Origin: Lophium mytilinum
Lineage: Eukaryota
DNA: 64,000 nt
Assembly (NCBI GenBank): GCA_010093605.1
Contig: MU004181.1
Coordinates: 3,348,001 to 3,412,000, forward strand
Direction of reading: 5' to 3'
The notes beneath the pieces are model-generated. The model ran no database searches, was not told where the DNA came from, and saw only the letters and a program-made list of their open reading frames with translations. This document shows, one piece after another, positions 37,566 to 50,765 of the stretch. Each line of letters begins with the position of its first letter. Positions within the stretch are counted from its first letter, which is position 1. Both the position numbers and the translations under genes were made by a program.

Positions 37566-40500
37566 ATGGGTGAATAACAGCAGAGGGACACGTCCGGCGG
37601 AAGTTTCAGCGGACAGCCAGCCAGCACGAGAGCAGCCAGCGGAAACAGACTGCCCCCAGCTCGACGTCGCAGCCCCGACCGTTCGCGGGTGCAGAACCAA
37701 AGGCCGTCTTCAACGCGCGCCGGCGGTCGATTCGCGAACACCAGGTACCCCAAGGGCCTCGCCCCCTCGGGCTGCAGTCCAAGAGGTGAGTCTATTTGCA
37801 GTTGCTCCACCAGCCTGTCCATGGCCATGCCACAAACAAAGACGAACAAAACTGATGCCCGTGCAGGGTGATCAGCGACGCAGGTGCCCCTTCCAACGCC
37901 AACTCCTCATCGACCCGCTCTTTCCTCCCTACCTCGACCAGCGACAACTCGTTTGCCAATTCCTCACGAGCTGCGAACCCTCGCTTCAGCTTTGGCAAAT
38001 CCTCTGATGGCTCCAAAGACTACACCGACAGCAGCGGCTCCTACGACTTCCTCCCCTCTGTCAACTTCGACGACTTCCATGCCAGCATCTCCTCCTACGA
38101 TCCGCAATTGAGTGACTTTCCCGCCCCGGGAGGTGGAGGAGTCCTACTCGCGAACGCGTCCATGAATAGCAATACAACTGCTGCGTTGGAAAAGGGTCCG
38201 GAGACGCGTGTGGCTAGGAGCTCCTCTCTAATCCGCCGGATGAGCGACAGACGGCAGACATCCCAAATCTCAAACTCCACCACCGATTCCAACTCGATGC
38301 CCCCTCCAAGTGCTCCGCTATCGCTTCGATCCCGCCGCCAAAGCCAGTTCCCTGCACCTGCACCTGCCAACCCCGCGGCGCGCCCTCCGAGAAAGTCGGT
38401 TGGCCCGGGGTTCCTCGCCAGCGAACCACGCGAAAGCAGGACTGAACTGTCACGGCCGATGTTCGAGAGCAGACAGTCGGGACTGGGTCGCGCTCCATCA
38501 ATCGGGAAAAATCGTCGTGGGACTCTTGGACCGAGCATAAACCTAGGTACGGAGCTGCCGCGACCGTCCAATGCGGCCCGGGCCTCCAAGGCAAAATCAC
38601 TGCTACCTCCGTCAACGCAAATTCCAGGGAATCTAAGCGCCCAGTCTCTTACACCAGACCATGGAGGCCGCAATTCCACTTTTGGGGGTGCAAACTCACC
38701 AGGCAGGTCTACTGGGCAAAGAAACGGTGGCCAGACTCCTTCGTCTTCCTCGAGCAAGAGACAATCCACTGCGCATCATGCAGGCGGCCTTGGTGCACGA
38801 ACAATTAGCCCCACCGACGCTCGAAGACTGAAACGTATGTCTATGATGCCAGGTGTGCCAGGGATGCCCCACACACCTCCTACCCCTCAACCGGACTTCA
38901 CGATGGATAGCAGATCTACGTCTCATTCGCCCGCAGCACCTTTCAGAAAAAGCTCTACGCCCTCGTCGGCACGAGCTACTCCTGATCATAACAGCATTAA
39001 CCGCAAGTCCTTTGGATCAGGGTTATCCCTGTCTTCAACCTCAAGCGCCAACTCTTCACGTCCTGCTAACGGACTGCAACTTCGAACAAGCCACATTTTG
39101 TCCTCTTCTCGATTGCCAACTCCGAAACCAAGGAATGTGCACAGTTCCGCAGGCGCCTCGGAGGAAGAAGTCCCCCCTGTTCCTGCAATCCCAAAGGCAT
39201 ACGAATCACCGAAGGACCCTGATAATAGTAACTTCTCTTCATTGAGAGCCCCCGTACCACTAGGCGATGAACCCGAGATGTCACCTCTCTATCATCATAA
39301 TACTGCTGGGGAAGTATCCACTCATGAAAGCACGGCCTCAAAACAACCAAGGCCTGGTCTACAGAAGGCGCACAGCAGCATCAGACATAGGCGGGGTCTG
39401 ACCGTTGGTTCGACTGGGTCGGATGCGGACAAGGCCCCCGCGATGCAGATTGCTGCTCGGAAAAACCTCCAACCGATCCGGCTTCCTCCTCTCAACCTAC
39501 TCCCGCTAGGTACGCCATTCAACAACAAGATATCGTCCATGCCGGCCCCATCTGCAGAAGTGGATCAACGACATGCAACGCCTCCACCAAAGCGAAACAT
39601 CACCAAGACGCCGAGCACACCAATGACAGCTTCAAAGGCGACATTCTTTTCCAAGAGCAACAACGCAGATGAACTCTACTCCTTTCATGGCCAATTGCGG
39701 AGTAGTAGTTCGGCATACAACTTGAGATCTGATCCGCCGCCGTATCAATCTCATGGTTCTTCAGCGATGCCAATACCTACCAATAATAACCGGCAAATTA
39801 CTACACCATTCGCATCTGCGTCTCTACCAAAGAACAGCGGCGACTTTGGAAACTTGAGGTCAAGACCTAGTGGAGAATACAAATTGAGTGATACGGACAC
39901 TGAGGTGCCAGTAACGAAGGTAGCCGGCCCACGCTTGCTCACCAAGAAAGACAGCTCATCTCAACATACATCAACATCAACCGAGCCAGAAACACCCTCA
40001 TCTGGATCGTCTTTGAGGCGGAAGCTCAGCTTGGGTGGCTGGAGGAGAAGTTCGTCGAAGGCGTCTCATGCATCACACGCCTCACAATCGCACATTGCAC
40101 TACATAGAGGAGATGAGCAAGGGCCTCAACCGCCAAGCCACAACGGCATGCCTCCGCCCAAGCTGCCTGCGTCTGCTACCTGGAGTGGGCCGATGCCAAG
40201 TCCCAGCCCCTCTCATAGATCCAAGCCGTCCCTGGAGGTGAGGAGGCGCCAGCCTTCTGCAACGGCCGTCATGAGCGACACCGAACTTGACAAGTCACAA
40301 GGCCCCAAATCCAACCGAATCACCAATAACCAAGCGCCCCCAGCATACTCTAATGCCTCAACCAATGGGCCAAACCCAAGGTCGGCTTCGTCGATTCTAT
40401 CTCCGATGCAACGGATACTGGGCGGCTCCAAAAACCCACAGACTGCTGTTAAGATTCGCCAGCAAGACCCGAGTGTTGACCGAGAGGATCTGGCCGCCGA

Positions 40501-42169
40501 CGAAGAGATGCGAAAGCTTGCGACCAAACGGAAAGACTTCGAAGCTGCAGCACGTGATGTAGACGATCTCCGAAAGCGAGCAAAGCCACAGGAACGGGTC
40601 AGCCCTGCTCAGGCTCTTCAGATGGTCAATCTCAATATCTTCGAGCGAGGCGAGATCATTGACTATAAAGAGATTTATTTCTGTGGCACGAAAAATGCTA
40701 AGAAACACGTTGGTGACCTCAACGCACAGACCGCCAATTTCGGCTATGACGACGATCGAGGTGACTACAACATTGTGCTTGGGGATCATCTTGCCTATCG
40801 GTACGAGGTTGTGGATCTTTTAGGTAAAGGAAGTTTCGGACAGGTTGTTCGGTGCGTGGATCACAAGACGGGTCTTCTAGTGGCGATTAAGATCATCCGC
40901 AACAAGAAGAGGTTTCATCAGCAAGCTTTAGTCGAAGTCAACATCTTACAAAAGCTGCGTGAATGGGTAAACTATATCCTTCCGGTCTTATCAAGCAAGT
41001 GCTAACAATTCAAAAGGACCCCGACAATAAGCACAGTATGATTAACTTCACACAAAGCCTCTACTTTCGCGGCCATCTCTGCATATCCACCGAACTTCTT
41101 GGCATGAATCTCTACGAGTTCATCAAAGCCCATGACTTCAAGGGCTTCTCGTTGAGGCTCATCCGACGCTTCAGCAAGCAGATGCTGAGTTCTCTAGTGC
41201 TCTTGAAGAGCCACCGTGTGATCCACTGCGATCTGAAACCAGAGAACATCCTCCTCGCGCATCCTCTACACTCAGAAATCAAGGTCATCGACTTCGGATC
41301 CAGCTGTTTCGAGAACGAAAAGGTCTACACCTACATCCAGTCACGGTTCTACCGGTCTCCCGAGGTTATCCTTGGTATGAGTTACGGAATGCCAATTGAT
41401 ATGTGGAGTTTGGGGTGCATTCTTGCCGAGCTACTGACGGGATACCCGATCTTCCCCGGAGAGAACGAACAGGAGCAACTAGCTTGCATCATGGAGATAT
41501 TCGGTCCACCTGAGAAGCACCTGATCGAGAAGAGCAGCCGTAAGAAGCTGTTCTTCGACTCGCTCGGAAAGCCTCGAGTAACAGTCTCTGCTAAAGGTCG
41601 CCGACGCCGGCCAAGCTCCAAGACTTTGCAGCAGGCACTCAAGTGCGACGACGAAGCTTTCCTTGATTTCATCTCCCGTTGCCTCCGATGGGATCCAGAC
41701 AGGCGGATGAAGCCTGATGAAGCGATGCTGCACGAGTTTGTGACGGGCACCAAACGGTTGGTCCGTCCGAGGGCACCTACCAACGGTGTATCGAGTGTTG
41801 GGTCGCCTGTGAAACGCTACAATACTGTGCAGACTCCGCAGCGCACCCGACCACTTCCTGAGCCACCAGCGACCAGCTTCAAAAACGGAATGGCAGTGCC
41901 GGTTGCTCGAGACGCGTCGAGCAGCTCGCCGGTCAAGGGCCCACCTAGGCGACACTCTACGGTGCAAGGGGTCCAGGTGGGCGCAGGAGTGAAACGTGCT
42001 GCGAACGGAGCCCCTCTAAACGCATCTAGCAGTCTTCCTCGAGTGGCCCAAAGGAGTATTTCCGGGAAACCTGATCTGGCTTCGGCGGCTGCAATCGCCA
42101 GTCTGGTAAGCCAAGCCAAAGTCCACGAGAAAACGCAATGTGCTAACATCAAAATAGAAGTCCCGGTGA
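37566..42169 (+). CDS. pom1: DYRK-family dual-specificity kinase, Pom1-like; 5' exon structure uncertain
   Basis: Long Ser/Pro-rich N-terminus; DH box NFGYDDDRGDY; GKGSFGQV, HCDLKPEN, DFGSSC, YTYIQSRFYRSPE. Final intron GTAAGC...TAG (to 42157) then KSR* at 42169. Confidence 0.9.
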
Positions 42170-43735
42170 TCTCTTTGCTCGAACAACGTGTACAGTCGTA
42201 CAAAAAGAGGCGGATGTAGTCATATGGTGGTTCGATTTGGGCGCGACGTTATGATAGTCTTAGTAATGCATACTCGGGGGTTTTCCATTCTTGTTATCAA
42301 CGGCACTCTTATACCCTCCTGGTGTTGTTGTACAGCGCGGTCTGTGGGTTGTATGCCTGGTCTGCCGGTGGGAAGGGTTCGTTGCTTTTGCTCTGCGGTC
42401 TTTGGATTGCGGCATAGGGTACGAGCATCTCGGACATGACCACCGGACATTGGCTGCGGCTTTGGCGTTTGTTTTCTGCGTGTGCTGGGCCATGCAGATG
42501 GGGGATGTAGTCGCAGCGTTCACGATGCTGCGGCTTAGTAGAACTAGAGCAGTGTTGTGAGTGAGGGGATATGCGAATAGAAAAGTGCCGTACCCACCTA
42601 CCAAGAACTCTGAGCAAGACTGTGCCCTTCACGACTTATCTAGTCCATCCGTGCGCCTGATGCTGCGCGAGGCTGCGCGACAGGCACAACGGGGGAAGTA
42701 TCGTGCAGTTCATGCAAAGCATAGTGCACCTGCATGGCGCTAAACGTGATCGGCATGGCATGTACGACTTCATCACGGGCCAGCCAGCCTCTCCCCACAC
42801 ACCACCATGCCCCCTCCAGCTTCATCCTCCCGTCCTTGGCGAGCCCTGAGCGCCTGGCCACAACCCCGCGCTGGCCGGAGACTAATGGCCCTGAGGCGCG
42901 GCGCCAGGGTCCTCGTGCCTTGCACAAAGATTTTTCGCGTCCCTTCACCCATCCCCTCCGGCTCCGGCGCCCGAGCAGTAGAAAGCATGTGGGGGACACG
43001 GCCAGCTTCGCCCTAGCTCTCCTAGGCACTTGCATCGAGGCACTCGCAACTCATGCCATAGAGTAATCCATTCATCCGGCCGTGCTTTTACGTGGAGCAG
43101 AGCCCGCATTCGGAGGCGCGCGGAGGTCCTGTGGTTCCTCACGGCCGCGGATCCTTTTCCCTTGATTCCTCAGCAGCACGCATCATGGTTAGCAGCCCGA
43201 CAGTGCTGGCGGTACAGAGCCTTTAACTACCTGCTCTTCGTGCTCGGCCTCAGGACGGCTCCCTTAAACATTTTCCGTTTTTCCGCCGACGCTTCTTGAC
43301 GCTTCGTTTAGCACCTACCTACTTACTTTCGCCCCACTACTCCCAACGTAGTTCACACTGCTCCCCGCTACTCTCTACAGACCTGTCCACTACTCTATAT
43401 ACCCTGCGCATCTCGCCGTGCATTCGCTCCTTTTGCTACCAGCTTTCTACTTTGGCGCCCAACCAAACGCTATTCTTTCCGTAGGATTCCAACGTCTGGC
43501 GCCTTTGTTCCGGTAGCGTTTACCCATCACGCGACCTACTCCGAGGCCTCTAAATTTCTCGTTCTTCCTTCTCTCAAACCTTCACGCTCCACTTTCCAGA
43601 AGATCGTCGACGGACTAACCACATTGCCACCGCTATCTCTGCGCAACTGTCAAGCTTAAGCTCCTGATTTAATATCTCGAAAAACCCGCGTCCTCAGGCG
43701 CAGTGAGGTGCGACTTTCGCTGCCGAGTTGACGCC

Positions 43736-45250
43736 ATGATCCCGTCGCTACCCGTCCTCAGCGACTACGATGTTTCGCCTAGTTATGGCTTTCTTCCTGA
43801 CGAAATACCACTCGATTTTCTACCCGACACCTACTACGCGCCATGGGAAACTATCATGAGAAATCTGCAGGCCCTGCTTCTTTCCAAGAGACTGCGTGGA
43901 GTCGTGGACATTCTCCCAGTCCTTTCAACGGACTTCCTAGTTACCGAAGCAGAGTGGCGACGGGCATATGTTATATTGGGTTTCTTGACCCACTCCTACA
44001 TATGGGGAGGGGACACACCAGCTGACGTACGAACATCTATCAAGTGCTTGCAAGAATGTAAAACTGACTGATGGCAGAGGATACCGCCGCCGATATCCGT
44101 TCCTTTCCTTGAAACGTGCCGACATCTCGAACTACCCCCGGTAGCCACTTATGCGGGGTTAGCCTTGTGGAACTGGAAGCCCATCTTTCCTACCGAGCCT
44201 GTAGACGTCCTAGAGAACCTAGCCACCATCTCCACCTTCACCGGATCACTAGACGAATCATGGTTTTACTTAGTCTCGGTAGCTATCGAGGCCCGAGCTG
44301 GCCCGATCATTCCCGTAATGATGGATGCCATCGCAGCTGCGAGGCGAAATGATAGCACGACTGTAGTGGAATGTTTGAGAGTGTTCGCGGAGAGGATTGA
44401 CGAGTTAGGGACCTTATTGACGAGGATGTACGAAAATTGCGATCCACACGTCTTTTACAACCGCATCCGACCATTCCTAGCCGGATACAAAAACATGGCC
44501 GATGCGGGACTTCCTAATGGTGTCATCTTTGACGTTGGGTCCGGAGACGAAACTTACGTTCAGTACAGTGGAGGAAGCAACGCTCAAAGCTCCGTCATCC
44601 AGTTCTTCGACATCGTCCTTGGAATTGAGCATCGTCCGACGGGAGAGAAGCGTACCAGCGGTTCCGATTCCGAAGGGGCTATGCCCGCTCCTTCGCACCA
44701 CTTCATCAACGAGATGCGGAGGTACATGCCCGGCCCCCATCGGAGGTTCCTCGAGCACGTGGCCAGCGTTACAAACATTCGAGAGTATGTCGAAAGTCAC
44801 CGGTCTAATCGCGCCCTATGTGTCGCCTTCGACGCCTGCCTGGCCATGCTACGAGCTCTGCGCGACAAACATATCCAGATGGTGTCGCGCTATATCATCG
44901 TCAAGTCTCGAGAATCAAGGTCACATTCCCGGTCTATCAGTCCCAGGCACGTTGCGCCGAAGAGGACAAACCTCGCCACAACGTCGCACGGAGGCGACGG
45001 CGGTGGAAGGCTGCGAGGAACCGGCGGCACTGCGCTCATTCCGTTCTTAAAGCAAGCCAGAGACGAAACTGGCGAGCCTGCTATTGATGCATGGGCTAGA
45101 CGGCTCCTCAACAACGGGCCAGCCGATGCGATGGGTGGTGTTGCAAGACTAACGAAGATGAGCGAGCACGCCAGTGGGGAGGTTGAGATGGTGGGATTAG
45201 CTGGCACTTGGTCCGTCGATGATAGCGAAGGTGGGATCTGCCATTGGTAG
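43736..45250 (+). CDS. BNA2: Indoleamine 2,3-dioxygenase, 2 exons
   Basis: ATG 43736 MIPSLPVLSDYDVSPSYGFLP; HSYIWG, LPPVATYAG..LWNW, FTGSLDESWFYLVS, YSGGSNAQSS, MRRYMPGPHRRFL, RDKHIQMVSRYI, GTGGTALIPFLKQ. Confidence 0.95.
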
Positions 45251-45770
45251 ACTTCGCTCTTTGATTTCTTGTTCATATTTTGCTCATTATCCAGATGGGT
45301 TGCGCTCGTCCTCAATGCTGGAACGGCGTTTGGTCATGGAGAGAATTGGCTTGCATTCAAGCCCTGTGCTATCATGGAAGGCGTTTTTCATTTCCTCTTT
45401 CGAAGTCATGAACGGCATGTGGCGATTACTCTTTCTTGTTAGATACTGTCACGATATTTAAGGCATCAAAAGCGCTGAGAATTACATCACAGGCAACCTA
45501 AACTCAGAATAGCGAACAGGTCTGCATGCAAACTACTCATATGACAATATCTTGCTAATAGTTTCACCTGAGCACGCAAAAAGTTGGAAAGTGGTGCAAG
45601 AATACGATTGCTCAACCCACGTGGTGTCAGCCATGCGACGAACTACAGGACGCGCAACCCCAAAGCGGCCCAGCGGCGAAAAGCGGCTTTACCCATGCGG
45701 CCAGAACTTTCTCAATGAGGCCGCTAGAGGCCCCGCTGACGTTTTTCCAAAGGTTTGAGAGGTCAGGGCC

Positions 45771-45825
45771 ATGACGTCATAGGGCATATGAGTGAAAGAG
45801 CTGCCGACAACAGCTACGATATAAA
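45771..45825 (+). promoter_or_regulatory. CRE palindrome and TATA box upstream of the stress gene
   Basis: Perfect ATGACGTCAT at 45771-45780 and TATAAA at 45820-45825, 113-167 bp before ATG 45938. Confidence 0.55.
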
Positions 45826-45937
45826 GACTGCCCGACCTCACACTCGAAAACTGACACCCCAATACAACAACCTCACTACTCCTACAGCTCCAACACAAAA
45901 ATCCCCACCTACACACCAACTCATACCACAATCCATC

Positions 45938-46532
45938 ATGTCTTCCGACAAAGACCAGACCTCCACCCTCCAGTCCTACGTCGACTCGGCCTCCAGCACC
46001 CTCAACAGCGCCATCGGCTCCCTAACCGGCAACCCAGCTGACAAGGTCCGTTCTCCCCATCACCCACCTCCTCAAAACTTTTACTAACGCACAACAACAG
46101 CAAAAAGCCTCCGACAAACAAGCAACAGCTGACGCAGAGCGCGACCTCTCCCATGCCGCCGCCAAAGCCGGCCCCTTCACCGTCGGCTCGTCCGGCGCCG
46201 TCTCCAAGGACTCCTCCGACCGCACCGATGGCTCGTGGAACCAGACGATCGGCTCTGCGAAGGAGGCCGTTGGCGGCTTGCTCGGCGCGGACGGCTTGAA
46301 GCGCGAGGGCATTCAGCAGAACCGCGAGGGAAAGGGGCAGGAGGCGCAGGGACAGCTGTCGGATCTTGGGCAGGGGGTAAAGGATAGAGTGGGCGGGACT
46401 CTGGGGGGGATTGGAGCGGGGTTGACGGGGGATAAGACGGAGCAGGAGCGCTATCAGGCGCAGCATGATGAGGGGAAGACGAGGCAGAGGGGGGTCGAGG
46501 TGGATCTGCAGAAGCAGGATCCTAGTGTTTAG
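45938..46532 (+). CDS. CsbD/HMP1-like hydrophilic stress-response protein, 2 exons
   Basis: MSSDKDQTSTLQSYVDSA...; after the intron, RTDGSWNQTIGSAKEAVGGLLGADGLKREGIQQNREGKGQEAQGQLSDLGQGVKDRVGG...HDEGKTRQRGVEVDLQKQ. Confidence 0.85.
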
Positions 46533-47793
46533 GTGCTGAGGCGTATGAGAAGACTGTCTTGTATGAATGGTCTTGAGGCGAGGTTTGGGCCTGGTGGATG
46601 GTGGCCATGATTGATATCCCTGGGACTCTCGAGTAGAGATTCCTTTTACACTTCTATCCATGTTTTCCAATGCAATTATATTGGAAATGCTTAACTTCTG
46701 CTACATCTTTGATGTTCATTGTGAAGCTCATAGGCCTCAAAATCTTGAAGTCTTGGTCCACAACTTCCACCCATTTCAATGCAATCTACACTCTCTATCC
46801 TCCAGAATGCCTCCCTGGGTGTATGTAGCTTCATTTTTCCAAAGAAACTCGGAATGACCTTTCAGTTACCAATTTATATACACCTCCCTCTGCCGCTATT
46901 TGAGGTCATCTCGAGAGTGCGCCAAGCGTTCAGAATCCCCAGCTTCTAAACAATCTAGAATCTACAAAATAAACCACGAGGTACCAAGACCAGTGGTAGA
47001 AAAGCATCCGGATACCTATTACGAGCCACTGTGAATTACCGGCAATCTCCGCGTTGTTGACCTCACATGATGCTTGCCAGTGTGACAAACGGGAAATCTG
47101 AGAATCACAAACTCTTGCAAATTGTGGACTGCCGCCACACCCACCGCTGTGGGATGATGAAGTGATCGACCAAAACAGTCCCCGCAGCCTGCGGCGGTGC
47201 AACAGTTGAGGTGGCGCTGTGGCACAGTGGTCTTCGTCACAACCAGTTCTCATGGACGTGCAGGTGGCTGAGGTCGGGATCCCCAGAAATCTGTTCTGTT
47301 CCAAGGCTGGAGGCGCCGCCAGCCGCGTACTATAGTACCCGTATCTTCCGGCGAGACTTATGCTTGGCCAGCTCCCCTGTCTTGATGCAGGACTTTCATT
47401 GCTTCGAGGTCGGATGATCGAGATGACGGTGGCGGACTGGTGCCCGGCTCGGCGCCATGCCTTGGTTCGCAGCAAATTGGCAGGCTGAGCTTGGATTTAG
47501 GGTGCAAGCGACCTTGGAAGCCGGCTCTGCGTCACAGGGCTAGTAGGGCTGCTGGTATTTGCAGTGAGGTGAGGGCCGGTATGGTCCACAGCGCAGTCCG
47601 GAACCTGACCTGTGCTTTGTTGTCTACGTCATGGGGAAGGCGCGAAGACAAACCGCTGCCACTGCATATAAACCTGCCCTTCTGCCCACCACTCTAAGCC
47701 CTCCACTCATTCTACGACCTACTCGATCGCCTACCAAACTACCCCAAAGCTTCACAAAGACAACTTCTTTGACCAACCAACACTACCGCAGCC

Positions 47794-48151
47794 ATGCCTT
47801 TCACCGGAAGGTACGTTTGTCACTTCTCCGAGAGCTTCGCTGTTTGCGGCTGCGCGTATCCTCGCCATGCTCAAGCGCAATTGTTGCCGCACAGCAGCTC
47901 CACAAATGTCTGTTGTTCGGACCATTGCTAACAAGTCTACAGCGACATCATCAAGATCATCTTCGCCGTCATCCTACCGCCCCTGGGTGTCTTCCTCGAG
48001 CGCGGATGTGGAGCCGACCTCTTGATCAACATCCTATTGACCATTCTCGGTTACATTCCCGGAATCATCCACGCGCTGTTAGTAGCCTTTGTTTCTGTGC
48101 GGCCTGTGCACCTTACTAACACCACACAGCTATATCATCCTAAAGTTTTAA
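47794..48151 (+). CDS. PMP3: Plasma-membrane proteolipid 3, 3 exons
   Basis: MPFTGS / DIIKIIFAVILPPLGVFLERGCGADLLINILLTILGYIPGIIHAL / YIILKF*, joined by canonical introns. Confidence 0.95.
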
Positions 48152-48911
48152 GTATGAGAGCGGCGACGAACGACCTCACGATACCCATCTCTTTCCTTCC
48201 GACTTTCCAGTGGGCTCATACGACCCTTCTCCTTACATAAGGTTGCTCGATAATCTGGTCATGCGAGCCAGCTGCATATCCGGCGCATCCGACGGTCTCG
48301 GGGTTGCTTGATTTGATCTGCTCGGAATCCTTTCTATCTTAATTCGCTGCTGTTCGTACGCGCCTTGACGTGTTCGCTCACGTCATGGTGCTCGACTTGG
48401 GAGCTTGGAGCATGATGATTTGATTGATTGATTGGAGGGGTGCCTACGAATGTACTATAGCGCCTGCCCTAAACAATTAAACCCCATCTATCTATGACCT
48501 CTATTTGCTGCATCGCGGCGTGAAGATTTAGTGACACCGAAATGATTGCTAGACCTTGCTGAGAAATTTCGCTAGGACGTGAGATGAGTTTGTCGTCGTT
48601 GAAATTAGCATTTAAGCTATCTTACTAACCCAGCGTTAATGCTCTCCAAAGTGGTCCAATGCTTACGAGCGGTCAGTCTGCCTTCGATCTCGAGGTGAAT
48701 TGTTGCTAGAATTCTTCTCTGGTCAGGCGTCCGGGTGGCACAGCTGGCCCGCTTGGCATCGTGAAAGCGCTCTGACCCGTGAACCGTGGTGGACCGTAAC
48801 ACCCGTCAAGGACCCTTTAAGCTCCTTCAACTGCACACACAAGCTCGCCCACATGCCTCTAAACCCGAAACCAAAGCTTCACGGTCGCTCACCTACAACA
48901 CCGCGAACAAG

Positions 48912-50128
48912 ATGGACCTTTCGGCGACGCTGGAAGGAGAGCTTGCATCGCTCATCTGCGACCCAGAGCGCACCCTAGAAGAAACTGGGAACCTACTTCA
49001 AAAAGCACGCGAGGCTCACCTCAGAGCTCATCCTGAGGGTTATGAACTCCAGGCAGCATTCCAAGACTCACTCAAGCTGAAGAACAAGCTAGATGTTTGG
49101 GAAAGCCAAGGTAGGCACGATTTCTTTAAACGTTTTGAGGTCCTTACTTACTTTCCAACTTAGTCGATACGTGTCCTTCACTTGCTCACCTCGCCGGAAT
49201 GCTCAACTGCGAATACCAGATCTACAAGATCAATGAGGCGGTTCCTCTTAGGCACAATCCTTTCTTGTCACACTGGGTCGAGGCAATACAGAGGCTGGAT
49301 AAGAAGCTAGGCGAAAGCTCGACACAACAGAACCAAGGGCGCTCGATAGACGATCACATCACTTCGCACCAAATACACTCATCAAGAGCCAAAATCGTGA
49401 AGGCAATCCTGACATCGCGCAATCTGCGCGTCATCTCCCGCAAATCGCCGAAGGAAATCCTCCAGCTCGTGAGCACAGAGTCTTCCACCGCAGACTTCGA
49501 CCTCCAACCGTACGTAACGATACTGGAAGATGAGGGCATATACGACAAGACTCCAACTCCCGAGATTGGGGTCACACCAAAACAGAGTCCCAGGAGAGTG
49601 TCGAGCAAGCCCAACACGAAAGAAGCCCTTCTAACAGAGCTTGAAGTGTCTCCTGAGACCGCGATATCCACAATAACACACATGCCTCTGAACATCCCAT
49701 CACTAGAGATCATCACCTCTCTCCTCGAAAAGCGGGTCTTTGAAGACCTTTCCATTGAACCACTTCCGGTGTTAAGGGATTATCTCCAGCATAGCCTTCG
49801 CCTGGTTGAGAAAATGGGTCTCCCGGCACCAAATATTCCCCCAGACGCGTCTTCGAGTACCGACGGTGGTGGACGCAACGATTCCTTCAACGAGCAGGAC
49901 AGCGACGAGGTCCCCAGTCACGACCGCGAGGCACAGGTCCGCGCTGTGAAACTCATGCTTCTGTTCATCCGCAACCTTGTGGTCCACAAAAGGCTTCTCC
50001 CTCCGCAGGAGATCTACTATGAGATCAATGAGATATGCGTGCGGTATATTTGGATAAAGGAGGTGCGCGAGTTCAGAGCTTTCATCGAGCAAGGAGCGGA
50101 TGCTGGAGAATTAGCGGGTGCTTGGTAG
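48912..50128 (+). CDS. CNOT11: CNOT11-like protein (CCR4-NOT subunit 11, DUF2363 domain), 2 exons
   Basis: ATG 48912. N-terminal YQIYKINEAVPLRHNPFLSHW and C-terminal DYLQHSLRLVE...QVRAVKLMLLFIRNLV..KRLLPPQEIYYEINEICVRYIWIKEVREF parallel the metazoan CNOT11 motifs as I recall them ([32 protein letters not shown]...FIEVQAFCIEFSRIREA). Confidence 0.7.
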
Positions 50129-50765
50129 AAACTGTTGCCGTTGTTTCCGTCAATTGTAACAGTTGCCTCATGGTGGGTAGGTCTTATACTCAAAGGTGCA
50201 AGATTGACCATATGGTTCTTTAACCTCGTCTTCATAGATTTCGACTACTCTGCAAATTCTCAGTGTTAGACAGTACTAGGATAGAAATATCTGAGCACAT
50301 AGACTTCACAGTTTGAAATCTCTCAATACAATCTCAGGAATCTATGCGACTTACGAGCGGACCTTCTTGGACGATCTGTGAACTTGCCAGGCCACCTCAG
50401 ATAACGCCGCAGACCGGAAATGAAAACTGAATTCTGACAGATTGGTGAGGTAGGCGACCTCCCGGATCGACTCAAGCAGACAGTAATAGTGGTCTTGACG
50501 CATTTCTCTACAATACTAGCAATTTCGAGCACACGATTTTCAGTTTCGTAGGTCAAGTCAAGACATATCTGAACTCTCTACACCATACAAGCACCACGCA
50601 GTCGTAACCCATGGATGATAACATAAAAAGGAGTAATCTGGCAGCAAGAACGATGTTTGAGGGGGGACATTCCAGACTCAGTAACTCTGCATAACAACCA
50701 TTTCATCATCCGTGATATCATATCGAATGAAATAAGAACTCGCAGGCATTCTGCCGGTCCAGCAT

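Noticed and set aside
47154..47271. Possible box C/D snoRNA (ATGATGA ... CTGA)
   Set aside because: No terminal stem next to the boxes and no recognisable rRNA guide sequence.
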